Assembly (NCBI GenBank): GCA_963662465.1
Contig: OY759599.1
Location: 128,001-192,000 of the forward strand
Length of the DNA stretch: 64,000 nt
Direction: 5' to 3'
DNA from: Desulfatiglandales bacterium
GTDB lineage: Bacteria > Desulfobacterota > DSM-4660 > Desulfatiglandales > Desulfatiglandaceae
The position numbers were made by a program, and so were the translations under genes. Below the pieces are notes generated by a model. The model had not been told where the DNA came from and ran no database searches. It saw nothing but the letters and a program-made list of their open reading frames with translations. This document shows positions 47,399-57,258 of the stretch, piece after piece; the first letter of the stretch is position 1, and each line of letters begins with the position of its first letter.

Positions 47399-48777
47399 AG
47401 ATCAAAAAAGTCTCCCGCGATATAATCGAGAATAATGTTTTCCAGACGCGACAAATCAAAAAGTCCATATTTAAGCGCCTGTGTTATGGCTTTCAAAAAA
47501 GGTTCCCCGGGATAAGTGCGTTTCAGATGAAGCAACCGACGTAACTTGACCACACCGCGACCGTGACTTCTTTTCTTCAGTTCAGCCACATACTCATCCA
47601 GGATGGCATCCTCTCCCGTCAACAGCTGTTCTTCTTTTGAAGGGATTCGGGGATCTTTTTTTCTTCGAATGGGAACATGGTGACCGGGCAGGGTTGTTCG
47701 GGTGTTGCGTTTATCCAGTATGCGGTCATGTTCCGCCACTTTTGTGTTTTTGTCGTAAACGATGACCTTGAGCCAATGTTTCTGTACTTCCAGGGAGTTC
47801 CCAATCAGCGCTTCAGGGACTGAATAGCGGTTGGTGTCCAAGTGCACATATCCCTGAACATCGGCTACCCTGTGTTCTGCCACATAGACTGGCGGCTGGT
47901 ATGCCGGTAAATCAATGAGATATGGCTTTTCAATGACATAGGCCTCATCCGGCGTCATCCCTAAAGCCCGTTTAAACTTTTTATCGCTTGTATTCCGGCA
48001 CCAGTCGATTGCCTGCCGGTTCAAATCCTGCCAGCTAACAAATGTTCTACCGGGAAGAAAATTGTTTTCCACAAAATGAAAAGGCCTTTCCACACGGGCA
48101 CTTCGATTGGCGTCTCCTACAGCATGGGCCTCAAACCGGGTTCCATACATATCGCCGAAGTATTTCATTTCAGGCGCAATCAATGCATCAGGCCCGGTGC
48201 CGCCGGCCACAATAACATTGGTGTTGTCAACCATGCACCGGGAACACACCCCGTCCATAAACTCGAATGCTTTTTTTAGGAAAACCTTGCACTCAAACCG
48301 GGTAAAACAGGGGTAATACTGAATAAAAATCCTTCGGCAAAAGGCCAGGGTCAGGGACGCGCACTGGGTCGACATTTTTTTCCCATTAATGACAACCAGA
48401 TGGGGTGACGTATCATGCTGCATCTCCTGACCGGGTTTAAAATGGTATTGGCCCGCCCGTCTTTTTTTACGTTCCCGGATCTCGTACTTTCTCATAATCC
48501 AGGTCAGACTCTGATAAGGGATTTTGATCTGTTGGCGGCTTTCCAGTTCCTCGGCTACTCGCACGGCATTTCCTTTACATTCCTTGAAAAGCTCGCGGAT
48601 CAACGGGACATGTTCTTCATACCGGGAGTTCCTTTGGGGTACCGCCTCTTCGTCATGATCATCTAAAACCTTCGTGACGGTATTGCGACCGGCCTTCAGG
48701 GTTTTGGCGATGTCGCGCAAACTCATGCCGGTTTTTTTCAATTCCACAATGGCATCTTTTTTGGATTGTCGGATCAT
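47395..48777 (-). CDS. istA: IS21-family transposase
   Basis: N-terminal HTH, PGQEMQHD, MVDN, ARVERPF, NRYSVP. Confidence 0.9.
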   Translation of the reverse strand: MIRQSKKDAIVELKKTGMSLRDIAKTLKAGRNTVTKVLDDHDEEAVPQRNSRYEEHVPLIRELFKECKGNAVRVAEELESRQQIKIPYQSLTWIMRKYEIRERKKRRAGQYHFKPGQEMQHDTSPHLVVINGKKMSTQCASLTLAFCRRIFIQYYPCFTRFECKVFLKKAFEFMDGVCSRCMVDNTNVIVAGGTGPDALIAPEMKYFGDMYGTRFEAHAVGDANRSARVERPFHFVENNFLPGRTFVSWQDLNRQAIDWCRNTSDKKFKRALGMTPDEAYVIEKPYLIDLPAYQPPVYVAEHRVADVQGYVHLDTNRYSVPEALIGNSLEVQKHWLKVIVYDKNTKVAEHDRILDKRNTRTTLPGHHVPIRRKKDPRIPSKEEQLLTGEDAILDEYVAELKKRSHGRGVVKLRRLLHLKRTYPGEPFLKAITQALKYGLFDLSRLENIILDYIAGDFFDL

Positions 48778-49658
48778 AATTGGGTCGCTTTCTTGAGTTC
48801 CAGTGCTTGTTTTTCTATCTTTTTCACCCAGGTTTTGAGCGTTTGTTTCTTCAACTGATCGCTTTTTGGGTAATGGACATGCGAAACGGTTTTCACCAGA
48901 CGTTTGAGAACCGCATATACCATTTCAATATCCTTGAACCATTTGCCTTCCGGTCCATCATGAACTTCTTTGGCTTGTTTAGACTGGGTTCTTTGTTCGA
49001 GAACTTTTATGAAAAGGGATGGATTTTCCAGCATGTGGTCTCGAACAGACCGGTTGCTTTTCTGGTAATGTGCGTAGAAACGGGCCAGTTCCCTTGTGGA
49101 TAGAGGTTCTTTTTCCAGGTGGGCCAACAGTTTTTGTGCGTCTTCACCGTTGGCGCGCGCCAACGGCGCCATGACACGGCCGGCAGCCCAGGTTGAAAGT
49201 GAGCCTGCAATCACGGTTCTCAAAATATTTTCCGGCAGGGCTTCAACCAGGTCCAGCCGCCGTTTTACAAAACTCTTGTCGCGCCCTATTCGGGTTGCAA
49301 TATGGGAGAGGCTGCACCCAAAACGCCGATGTAATTCCTGAAGTAAAACAGACTGCTCAATGACTTCCCATTGCCGTTCATTGGCCTTGGTTAAAAGCGA
49401 AAACATGGCATTTTGTTCGTTTTCTTTTGAGAATTGGACACATATCCGGTCCTTTCCACAAGCACAAAGCGCTCGAACACGCAGGTAGCCATCAATCAGA
49501 ATCAGTTTGTCTTTTTCTTCAATAGCCAGGGCCGGAACGATCTGCCCGTAAGTTTCGATGGAATCCCTCAATCGCTTTAAAGCCTGGTGATTCATTATCC
49601 GGCAATGAGCGTAACGCAACTCCAGCAAATGAATATCAACGGTTCGGATGGATTCCAT
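48774..49658 (-). CDS. ParB/Srx N-terminal domain protein with HTH
   Basis: LRDSIETYGQIVP...LIDGYLRVRAL; IATRIGRDKSFVKRRL; ATGA-coupled to istA. Confidence 0.88.
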   Translation of the reverse strand: MESIRTVDIHLLELRYAHCRIMNHQALKRLRDSIETYGQIVPALAIEEKDKLILIDGYLRVRALCACGKDRICVQFSKENEQNAMFSLLTKANERQWEVIEQSVLLQELHRRFGCSLSHIATRIGRDKSFVKRRLDLVEALPENILRTVIAGSLSTWAAGRVMAPLARANGEDAQKLLAHLEKEPLSTRELARFYAHYQKSNRSVRDHMLENPSLFIKVLEQRTQSKQAKEVHDGPEGKWFKDIEMVYAVLKRLVKTVSHVHYPKSDQLKKQTLKTWVKKIEKQALELKKATQL

Positions 49659-50055
49659 ACCCAGTCTCCCGAAAGATTTCCTCTATGGTTTCTCCAAGAC
49701 TGACCCAATTTCCTTGCCGGATCTCCTTTACCTGTTTCACAATCACAGGACGTCTGGGAAGCGAAAGAACCTGAAACAGACGGCCATCAAACCCAATCAG
49801 ATCCTTGTCCAACAAGCCATCGCGGGCATCGATATATTGATCCAAATGCACCTTTAAAATCCGGCAGATTCTGTCGTAACCATAATAAGAGAGCCCGTTT
49901 TTGTCAGATACCAACACCAGAAAAATGTAGAGCAGCAGCTCATGATGATTCAGGCTCTCCCAAAAGCCGTTTCTCAAAAAACGATGCTCCAGAAAGCCGA
50001 AGCTTCCATTGATGACACGCACTCTTTCGGGAAAAAGGACTCTTTTTTTGATCAT
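49636..50055 (-). CDS. winged-helix protein
   Basis: ELLLYIFLVLVSDKNGLSYYGYDRIC...ARDGLLDKDLI. Confidence 0.75.
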   Translation of the reverse strand: MIKKRVLFPERVRVINGSFGFLEHRFLRNGFWESLNHHELLLYIFLVLVSDKNGLSYYGYDRICRILKVHLDQYIDARDGLLDKDLIGFDGRLFQVLSLPRRPVIVKQVKEIRQGNWVSLGETIEEIFRETGYGIHPNR

Positions 50056-50067
50056 TTTTTTCTCCTG

Positions 50068-50511
50068 TCATGGATATGGGGTTTTCTCAAAGCCTGTTAC
50101 ATCTGAAAAAACCCTCCCTGCATAAGCACGGCGAGGAAAATGGTCCACAACAACCCCGATCGACCCGCAAAAAAGACAGCTGGGTCGGTTCCCCGACCGC
50201 TTTTTGGGTTCAATATCACAGTCTTTTTGAGGTGTTGAACTATCATCACCAGGGTTCAGTCCATTTTTTTTGGATTTTTTTGTTTTTTCGTACAAACGAC
50301 GGCGCTCTTTCCCTTTTTTCGAATTGCGGTATTTCCCCTGAGCTTTCCGGTGCAGCTGTCTTTGGCGTATCCTGCGACATCGTTCCCCACAATAGGCCTG
50401 GCCACGCCAACACGACCGACAGACGTGAAAAAAGCAACCACAACATCGGCATTGAACCACTCTTAAAAGGACATCTCCCATCATTCCGGCCTTGCAATTG
50501 GCCGGAAACAC
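50068..50511 (-). CDS. Cys-rich basic hypothetical protein
   Basis: CRCCG-x-x-F-x-VCRSCWRGQAYCGERC...CLFCG. Confidence 0.7.
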   Translation of the reverse strand: MFPANCKAGMMGDVLLRVVQCRCCGCFFHVCRSCWRGQAYCGERCRRIRQRQLHRKAQGKYRNSKKGKERRRLYEKTKKSKKNGLNPGDDSSTPQKDCDIEPKKRSGNRPSCLFCGSIGVVVDHFPRRAYAGRVFSDVTGFEKTPYP

Positions 50512-50560
50512 ACTTATATAAAATTGGCGTGTGTGTGGCTTCCGGCTCTATCCGGTGGTC

Positions 50561-50596
50561 AAAAAAGAAGGCCCGAAGCGGCTACTTCGGGCCTTC
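50561..50596 (-). terminator. intrinsic terminator in the leader of the IS21-ParB operon
   Basis: 12-bp perfect stem GAAGGCCCGAAG/CTTCGGGCCTTC followed by T6 on the minus strand. Confidence 0.75.
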
Positions 50597-50899
50597 ACCA
50601 TCCATTCTACAAAGTAAATCGCATTTCCACTTAACCAAGCCTCTGTCTTGGAAGAAGAAAACCAAATCCAAAGAAAATAGATTTTATAAAAATTTATTGA
50701 AAAGTAAATCTACATCAACGACTCCTTTGCCGCCACTTATGGATCCCTCATCGTCCGCTATACCTGAGGGCCGTACTCACTGGCGGTGACAGTCAATGGT
50801 TCAATTTCCATTAGCAAACTTGGTTCAGTTTTGATTAGCGTTGAAGTATTGAGGATTAAAAAATTAAAACGTCGTTTTTTAAAGAGCGAAATGCAAGTT

Positions 50900-51517
50900 T
50901 CAACATAACAAACAAAGGGATAAATTGTACTATTCATCTACGAGGTGGTGAAGAAGTCAATGCAACAGTAAGCAGTGCCCGCCTGAAGGTTGATGCACAC
51001 AGCGGCAAGAAGCGTTTTGTGATCGCCCCTAAATATGAAGGGGAAGAAGAATACCGTTATTTAGTTGCCACTGATCTGAGTTGGCGGACACTTGACATTA
51101 TCCAAGCATACTCTTTAAAATGGCTTGTGGAGGTTTTCTTTGAAGACTGGAAGCTCTATGAAGAATGGGGGCAAGAGGCCAAACAATTCGACGAAGAAGG
51201 ATCAAGCCGAGGCCTGGTCCTGAGTCTGTTGCTTAGACCATTGCCTCCTCCTTCACCCTGAGCAGGAGGCCTGTATAGAGAATAAACTACCTGTGTTTAC
51301 CGTGGGTAGCCTGCAACGAAGGAGTCAGATGGATATTTTGCTCGAATCAGTCAAATCTTTGCTGCAACAACAAGATCCCGTTGAGAAGCTTAAGGAAATG
51401 GGGCAATTTATCAAAGATGTTTTCCGTCTCATGCCATCTAAAAAACATATGAGCGGAAGAGCCATGGGTAGATTGGAGCCTACATCGTCTCTATCATTCA
51501 GATGTTGTCTTTGCTGA
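50900..51517 (+). pseudogene. C-terminal remnant of an IS4/IS701-like transposase
   Basis: YRYLVATDLSW...IIQAYSLKWLVEVFFEDWK; frameshifted and 5'-truncated. Confidence 0.75.
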
Positions 51518-51764
51518 GTACTTTTGACAAGTTTATCACCAAAAAATTGAATTTCAAAAAAAACAAGATAAAAAACTTGATCATCGAGTAAACAGCTCGC
51601 AGAATAAGCGGAAGGTTGGTTGTGGGAAAACAACAATTCTAATTACGGCTTTTGAGATAGTCCGCAGTTTGTTTTTTTTGTTGCCATTCATGGGTAGCGA
51701 ATTCACCTTACTCCCAGATTCTGTTCAGGAATAAGGGAAAAAACATTAGGTACTGGATGTTATT

Positions 51765-51855
51765 GTAGGGGCAGGCCCCTGTGCCTGCCCTGCTGATGCT
51801 GTCCAAACACCTTAATAGAGGACAAGCAGGGCAACCACGGGGGGATTGCCCCTAC
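51765..51855. repeat. GTAG-type REP doublet (REPIN-like)
   Basis: GTAGGGGCAGGCCCCTGTGCCTGCCC ... GGGCAACCACGGGGGGATTGCCCCTAC in inverted orientation. Confidence 0.8.
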
Positions 51856-52018
51856 GTCGCGACATAAAACTGGATGTGTAACGAGATGTGTTTGTGGGAG
51901 CAGCTTTCAGATCTACGAGAAATTGTGGCGGAATGCCGTCTGCACAGCGTTTTGCGATTAAACGACATCATAATGAGAATTGCTGGTGAGAAAGTGACAA
52001 AGTAGAATTAGTCTTTTT

Positions 52019-52465
52019 ATGATTATGGCGGAGCGAAAAAATAATGTCATTAAATTTAGCAAGAGTAATTTTCATAGAAAGAAGTATTTGATTATCACCG
52101 GAATTGTACTTGTTATTCTACTTGAAAATTGTGGTGTTTTTGAAGCATTAATGGATGATGGTCACGGTCGTCATATCGCATCTGGATGGGCAATATTACC
52201 TGAACGTAAAGAATCCGCCGATGCAGTAATTCTTGCTTATGATGATATTAACGGTGAAGAAATTGCGTTTGCAATCGCCGAAGTGGGAGACAAACGAAAA
52301 AGAATTGGGAGCGCTTTGAATGATCCCGCTTATAAAAGATCGGGTTGGAAAAAAGAATTTCAAAAAGAATTACTTCCTTGTAATGCTAAAAACATCAGTG
52401 CTTGGGTTTTCGACACTTCAACATATAAGGCATTCAAGCTTCAGAACTCTCAACATGCCAAATAG
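52019..52465 (+). CDS. membrane-anchored hypothetical protein, possibly a gene remnant
   Basis: One TM; SGWA...RSGW pattern; AT-rich. Confidence 0.5.
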   Translation: MIMAERKNNVIKFSKSNFHRKKYLIITGIVLVILLENCGVFEALMDDGHGRHIASGWAILPERKESADAVILAYDDINGEEIAFAIAEVGDKRKRIGSALNDPAYKRSGWKKEFQKELLPCNAKNISAWVFDTSTYKAFKLQNSQHAK

Positions 52466-52550
52466 TTGTTTAGACTCAATTGTTGTTTGTTTGGAGTCGG
52501 ACCACGCCAAGTAACTGTTAAAGAAGGAAGAATCGAAAAGGGGGAACAGA

Positions 52551-53054
52551 ATGGCTCATTTAATTTCATTTTCGCGAAGTCGATGCACAACGGTAGAAGA
52601 ATCTTCGGACGGCATTATGACATGTACCTGTCGGGTAACGGATAATCTTCTGGATGCGCGGGTTCAGATTCAGGCCGGCCTTCCGGATCTTGAAATCATG
52701 ACCGCCAATAGTCGCGTTGACCATTGCCGAATGGAAGGTATGGCGGCCGCGGAAGAGAGACTTCAGAATCTCCTCGGGGTACGGATCGGTCCGGGCATGC
52801 TTAAAATTATTGAGGGGCTCATGGGAGATGATCCGGCCTGTGTGGAACTGGCCTTTATGGCCGAAGAGTGTTGCCATGGGGCCATTTTGAGCTTGACCAA
52901 GGAAACCCTCCAAAAAGCACCTCTCGAACCCGCTGACAGCCGGGGCTTTTATTCGGAAATGGTTCAGAATAACAAACGGCTGTACAACCGGTGCGCGGCC
53001 TTTGCCGACGGGAGTTCACTTTTGGAGGGCATTGAAATTTCTAAGCTTAAATGA
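52551..53054 (+). CDS. DUF2889-like protein
   Basis: L-x-GVRIGPG...CVEL-x-x-x-x-x-ECC...NRC-x-AF. Confidence 0.6.
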   Translation: MAHLISFSRSRCTTVEESSDGIMTCTCRVTDNLLDARVQIQAGLPDLEIMTANSRVDHCRMEGMAAAEERLQNLLGVRIGPGMLKIIEGLMGDDPACVELAFMAEECCHGAILSLTKETLQKAPLEPADSRGFYSEMVQNNKRLYNRCAAFADGSSLLEGIEISKLK

Positions 53055-53100
53055 AAAGGACGTCAGATTACGAAAACAACAAATAAGGAGGTCAAGTTAA

Positions 53101-54228
53101 ATGCTGACGTATATGCGAAATAAGCTGGTGAATGTTGAAATCCCATCTGAAGATGTTTATGTGGCTTACGGTTTTTTAGATGACCATATTTATAGTCTGG
53201 AAACAACGTTCCAGGTGAATGGGGCCGATATGACCATAGAATGGCTTCAAGGCCACTGGAACCGATATACCACGCCCGACTGCCCGCTGGCCGTGGAGCC
53301 CTTGCAGGGCGCCGTTGGACTCTGTTTGACGGATGAAGGGTTCAGCCGGAGCATTCATCGAATCGTAGGACGAGAGGCCTGCCGGCACTTTGCCAACCTC
53401 ATCCTGGAATGCTGCGATGCCATTCTTAAAACCAAACAGATGCTTGAAACTCCGGAAGCGGAAACGCAAAAAGATGTCGAACCTTCCGTGCCGTTATCCC
53501 CAAGTTCGCGGGTGGCAACTGCCGCCCCCAGGCGAATCAGAAACAAAGAACGAATTCCTTTTGAACAACTGGAAGATGCACCACGCCACGGGTTTACCAT
53601 TGATCTTCATGTCCACACGTCTCCCGCTTCCCCCTGCGCTTCATCATCGGTGGATGACATCATTACGGAAGCCAGGCGAATCGGGCTCGACGGCATCTGC
53701 CTGACGGATCATAACTACCAATGGGATCCAAAAGACATGGCGTTATTGAGAAAAAAGCATGACTTTCTGGTGTTGAGGGGCAACGAGGTTACCACCGTAC
53801 AGGGGGACATCCTGGTTTTCGGATTGGATGAGGATATCCAGGGGATCATCGCCTTGAAGGATTTGGCCGAGAAAGTGAGGGCCGTTGATGGTTTCATGAT
53901 CGCGGCCCATCCCTTTCGAGGGTTCCTGGCGGTAAGCGGGGACAAGCTGGGTCTCGATATTGAAAAGGCTGCGGCTCGCCCCATGTTTGCCCTGGTGGAT
54001 GGGGTGGAGACCTTAAACAGCAAAGTGACGGTGGATGAAAACCGTTTCTGCGGCCGGGTGGCGAGTGCCCTGAAATTGCCGATCACCGGTGGGAGCGACG
54101 CCCATTTGGCCGAAGATGTGGGATTTTACGCCACACGGTTCAGTAAGATCATTCATAATGAAGAAGAACTTATCTCGGCTCTCAGGGCTGGAGATTCGGT
54201 TCCCGTGGATTATCGAAACCTTAAATAA
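53101..54228 (+). CDS. DUF2889-like domain fused to a PHP phosphoesterase
   Basis: DCP...ACRHF-x-x-L-x-x-ECC; DLHVHT, TDHN, NEVT, AHPFR, GGSDAH. Confidence 0.85.
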   Translation: MLTYMRNKLVNVEIPSEDVYVAYGFLDDHIYSLETTFQVNGADMTIEWLQGHWNRYTTPDCPLAVEPLQGAVGLCLTDEGFSRSIHRIVGREACRHFANLILECCDAILKTKQMLETPEAETQKDVEPSVPLSPSSRVATAAPRRIRNKERIPFEQLEDAPRHGFTIDLHVHTSPASPCASSSVDDIITEARRIGLDGICLTDHNYQWDPKDMALLRKKHDFLVLRGNEVTTVQGDILVFGLDEDIQGIIALKDLAEKVRAVDGFMIAAHPFRGFLAVSGDKLGLDIEKAAARPMFALVDGVETLNSKVTVDENRFCGRVASALKLPITGGSDAHLAEDVGFYATRFSKIIHNEEELISALRAGDSVPVDYRNLK

Positions 54229-54234
54229 GGAGAA

Positions 54235-55641
54235 ATGAACATGTGCAAAGAAAAAGGCAAATGGGAAAAACTGGTGCGCAGAATGGAAATTCTATTGAGG
54301 CTCAGGTCTTTTCCGGTGGCCATGAAGATGCTGGAAAAAAAAGAGCAGTTGCAGGAGGTCCCTTTTTTGAGGCGACCGAGTCATAAGCTCACCAATTGCC
54401 AGCTCATCAGCCTGGTGCGCAATTTTGACTGGACCGTGGGGGCTGATGTGGACGATTTTGCACTCCCCACCTGTTCCTCCATTCTAGGGCTCAACGAACT
54501 GTCTTCCTGTTATACGGACGGCAGCTTCAGGTCCATCGTGTGGGTTCAAACCAAGGAAGACGGCAAGCGCTATGAAGCGGCCATCCCCAGGATCAAAACC
54601 GGCCAATATGAAGCCGTCGCCATGGCGCCCCTGGTGTATGATCCCTTTGAACCGGATATCGTACTCATCTACGCCAATCCGGCTCAGATGATTCTGCTGA
54701 TTAATGCCCTTCAATTTGAAAACTATGAAGTCATGCAGTTCCATTGCGTCGGTGAGTCCTCCTGTTCCGATGCCATTGCCCGCTGTTACCTGGATGGCAA
54801 GCCCTCCCTCACCATCCCCTGTTACGGGGAACGGCGTTACGGCCACGCCCAGGATGACGAGCTGGTGATGGCCCTTCCGGCAGGATACATGGAAAAGGCC
54901 CTGCATGGCCTGGAGATTCTTTACCGGAAAGGCGTCCGTTATCCCATCAGTTTCGCGGGCGCCGAAGGAGATATGGCCGCGGCGCTTCCCGTGGCCTACA
55001 TGACCCTTGAGGAACGCATCGAAAAGGTACGGGGCGCCGTGCCCAAAGGTATGGTGGCCGGGCTCACCGGCGTCATTGCCAGTGGAAAAAGCACGGTGTC
55101 TACCAAACTGGTCGAACTGGGGGCCAAACTGATCGACTTTGATCTCATTGCCCGCCAGGTAGTGGAACCGGGTCGGCCCGGCTACAATGATATCCTCAAA
55201 TATTTCGGAACCCAGGTATGCCAGGCGGATGGAACCCTGGACCGGAAAAAGATATCGGACATTGTATTCAAGGATATGGAGAAGCGGAAAAAACTGGAGG
55301 AATTCACCCACCCCAGAATTTATGAGGAGTTTTTTCGGCAACTGGCGGTATTCGGTCAGGAGGACCCCGCGTCGATTGTGATTGTGGATATCCCCCTGCT
55401 GGTGGAACTGAACCTCATGTACCTGTTTGAAAAGATCATTGTGGTGTCCGTGAGTCCGGAGACCCAGAAAATGCGCCTCATGGCGCGAGACGGCATCGAC
55501 CAGGAGGAAGCCTCGCGAATCATTGCCAGCCAGTTGCCGGTAAAAGAAAAGACGGGTTTTGCGGACTGGGTCATTGAAAATGACGGGTCAAAGGAGGATA
55601 TGCTGGGGCAGGTGGAGCGTGTTTTTGAGGAATTGAAGTGA
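54235..55641 (+). CDS. coaE: DUF169 domain fused to dephospho-CoA kinase
   Basis: N-terminal FPVAMK, CQ, PDIVLIYANPAQ, SSCSD, PCYGER; C-terminal GLTGVIASGKST, D-x-D-x-IARQVV, THP-x-I, DIPLL-x-E, ADWVIENDG. Confidence 0.85.
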   Translation: MNMCKEKGKWEKLVRRMEILLRLRSFPVAMKMLEKKEQLQEVPFLRRPSHKLTNCQLISLVRNFDWTVGADVDDFALPTCSSILGLNELSSCYTDGSFRSIVWVQTKEDGKRYEAAIPRIKTGQYEAVAMAPLVYDPFEPDIVLIYANPAQMILLINALQFENYEVMQFHCVGESSCSDAIARCYLDGKPSLTIPCYGERRYGHAQDDELVMALPAGYMEKALHGLEILYRKGVRYPISFAGAEGDMAAALPVAYMTLEERIEKVRGAVPKGMVAGLTGVIASGKSTVSTKLVELGAKLIDFDLIARQVVEPGRPGYNDILKYFGTQVCQADGTLDRKKISDIVFKDMEKRKKLEEFTHPRIYEEFFRQLAVFGQEDPASIVIVDIPLLVELNLMYLFEKIIVVSVSPETQKMRLMARDGIDQEEASRIIASQLPVKEKTGFADWVIENDGSKEDMLGQVERVFEELK

Positions 55642-55764
55642 TTTTACCATTTGAACGCTATTGGCCTTGACTATAATGATCGGTTGAATTAGAAAAGTAA
55701 GTTTAATCAATTGCGATGAAGTCAGTCGCGTCAAACAATTCATCAGAATGGATTTTGTGCAACC

Positions 55765-57246
55765 ATGGGAAAACCAAGTGCGATTATAGAAGATCGAGCG
55801 AACAAAGCGGAAAAATTGAGGGCTGGCGGGGTCAACCTTTATCCTGCGGGTTACCAGGTGGATATCACCGCGGGAGAAATCCTGCTGCGGTTCGACGGGA
55901 TGGATGAAAGTGCGCTGGAGAAGGAAACAAAAAGTTACGCCGTGGCCGGTCGAATTATTTCGCGCCGGGATTTTGGCAAAGCGTCCTTCATCCACATCAA
56001 AGACAGAACAGGCCGAATTCAGGCATATGTCAGGAAAAACAAACTGGCGCCCGAACAATTCGATACATTCAAACTCATGGATATTGGCGACTTCGTGGGT
56101 GTCAAGGGGCCGCTGTTCAGAACCAAAACCGGAGAATTGACCCTTGTGGCGGAAGATCTGATGTTGCTTACTAAGTCCATGAGGCCCCTTCCCGAAAAAT
56201 GGCATGGCTTAACCGATGTTGAAACCAGGTACCGGCAGCGGTATGTGGACCTGATCATGAACGACCCCGTGCGAGAGGTCTTTGTGGCGCGAAGTCGGAT
56301 TATCCAATCCATTCGTGAGTTTTTTATCGAAAGGGACTTTCTGGAGGTGGAAACCCCCATGATGCAGCCGATTCCCGGGGGGGCTACTGCCAGACCTTTT
56401 AAGACCTATCACAATGCATTGGGGATGGACCTGTACATGCGGGTGGCGCCCGAACTCTATCTGAAACGGCTGGTGGTTGGAGGCCTGGAAAGGGTTTTTG
56501 AAATCAACCGGAATTTTAGAAATGAGGGCCTTTCCATTAAGCACAACCCCGAGTTTACCATGATGGAATTCTATATGGCCTATGCCACCTATGAGGATCT
56601 GATGGTATTGACGGAGGAAGTTTTTGCTTATGTCCTCGAACAGGTGGTGGGTCGGCAGGTGATCGAATATCAGGGGAAGACCATTGATTTTACGCCCCCA
56701 TGGAAAAGAATCTCCCTTTTTGATTCTCTCAAAGAGACTGGGAAAGTGGAAGAGAATGTTTTTAATGACAGGGAACCGGCTGCCGCTCTGGCGAATGGGC
56801 TGGGAATTCCCATTCAGGAGAGGGATGGGCACGGTCAAATTTTGACCAAACTATTTGATCACCTGGTGGAGCCCCACCTTCTCCATCCTACCTTTGTAAC
56901 CGGTTATCCCACTGAGGTATCCCCCCTTTCCAGGCGCAATGACGATAATCCCGAATTGACCGATCGGTTCGAGCTGTTTATCGGGGGCCGGGAGATTGCC
57001 AATGCGTTTACGGAGTTGAATGATCCCGTGGATCAGAAAGGCAGGTTCCTAAACCAGGTGGCCCTCAGGAACGCCGGAGACAAAGAAGCGTTGTTTATGG
57101 ATGAGGACTACGTTACCGCCCTCGAGTACGGCATGCCGCCCACGGCGGGAGAAGGCATTGGTATTGATCGGTTCGTGATGCTGCTCACCGATTCGCCATC
57201 CATTCGGGACGTGATCCTGTTTCCCCAGATGCGGCCGAAGGAATAG
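55765..57246 (+). CDS. lysS: lysine--tRNA ligase (class II)
   Basis: PLPEKWHGL, RYRQRYVDL, GGATARPF, FRNEG...HNPEFT, EYGMPPTAGEGIGIDR. Confidence 0.98.
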   Translation: MGKPSAIIEDRANKAEKLRAGGVNLYPAGYQVDITAGEILLRFDGMDESALEKETKSYAVAGRIISRRDFGKASFIHIKDRTGRIQAYVRKNKLAPEQFDTFKLMDIGDFVGVKGPLFRTKTGELTLVAEDLMLLTKSMRPLPEKWHGLTDVETRYRQRYVDLIMNDPVREVFVARSRIIQSIREFFIERDFLEVETPMMQPIPGGATARPFKTYHNALGMDLYMRVAPELYLKRLVVGGLERVFEINRNFRNEGLSIKHNPEFTMMEFYMAYATYEDLMVLTEEVFAYVLEQVVGRQVIEYQGKTIDFTPPWKRISLFDSLKETGKVEENVFNDREPAAALANGLGIPIQERDGHGQILTKLFDHLVEPHLLHPTFVTGYPTEVSPLSRRNDDNPELTDRFELFIGGREIANAFTELNDPVDQKGRFLNQVALRNAGDKEALFMDEDYVTALEYGMPPTAGEGIGIDRFVMLLTDSPSIRDVILFPQMRPKE

Positions 57247-57258
57247 GCTGTTTCGCGC

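Larger units (their letters stand above)
46103..50846. mobile_element. composite element bounded by ~50-bp imperfect IRs
   Basis: CTTGGGCGCTAACCAAAATGGAACCAGTTTTGCTA... versus reverse complement CTTCAACGCTAATCAAAACTGAACCAAGTTTGCTA...; flanked by TATTGA at 46097-46102 and 50847-50852. Confidence 0.7.
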
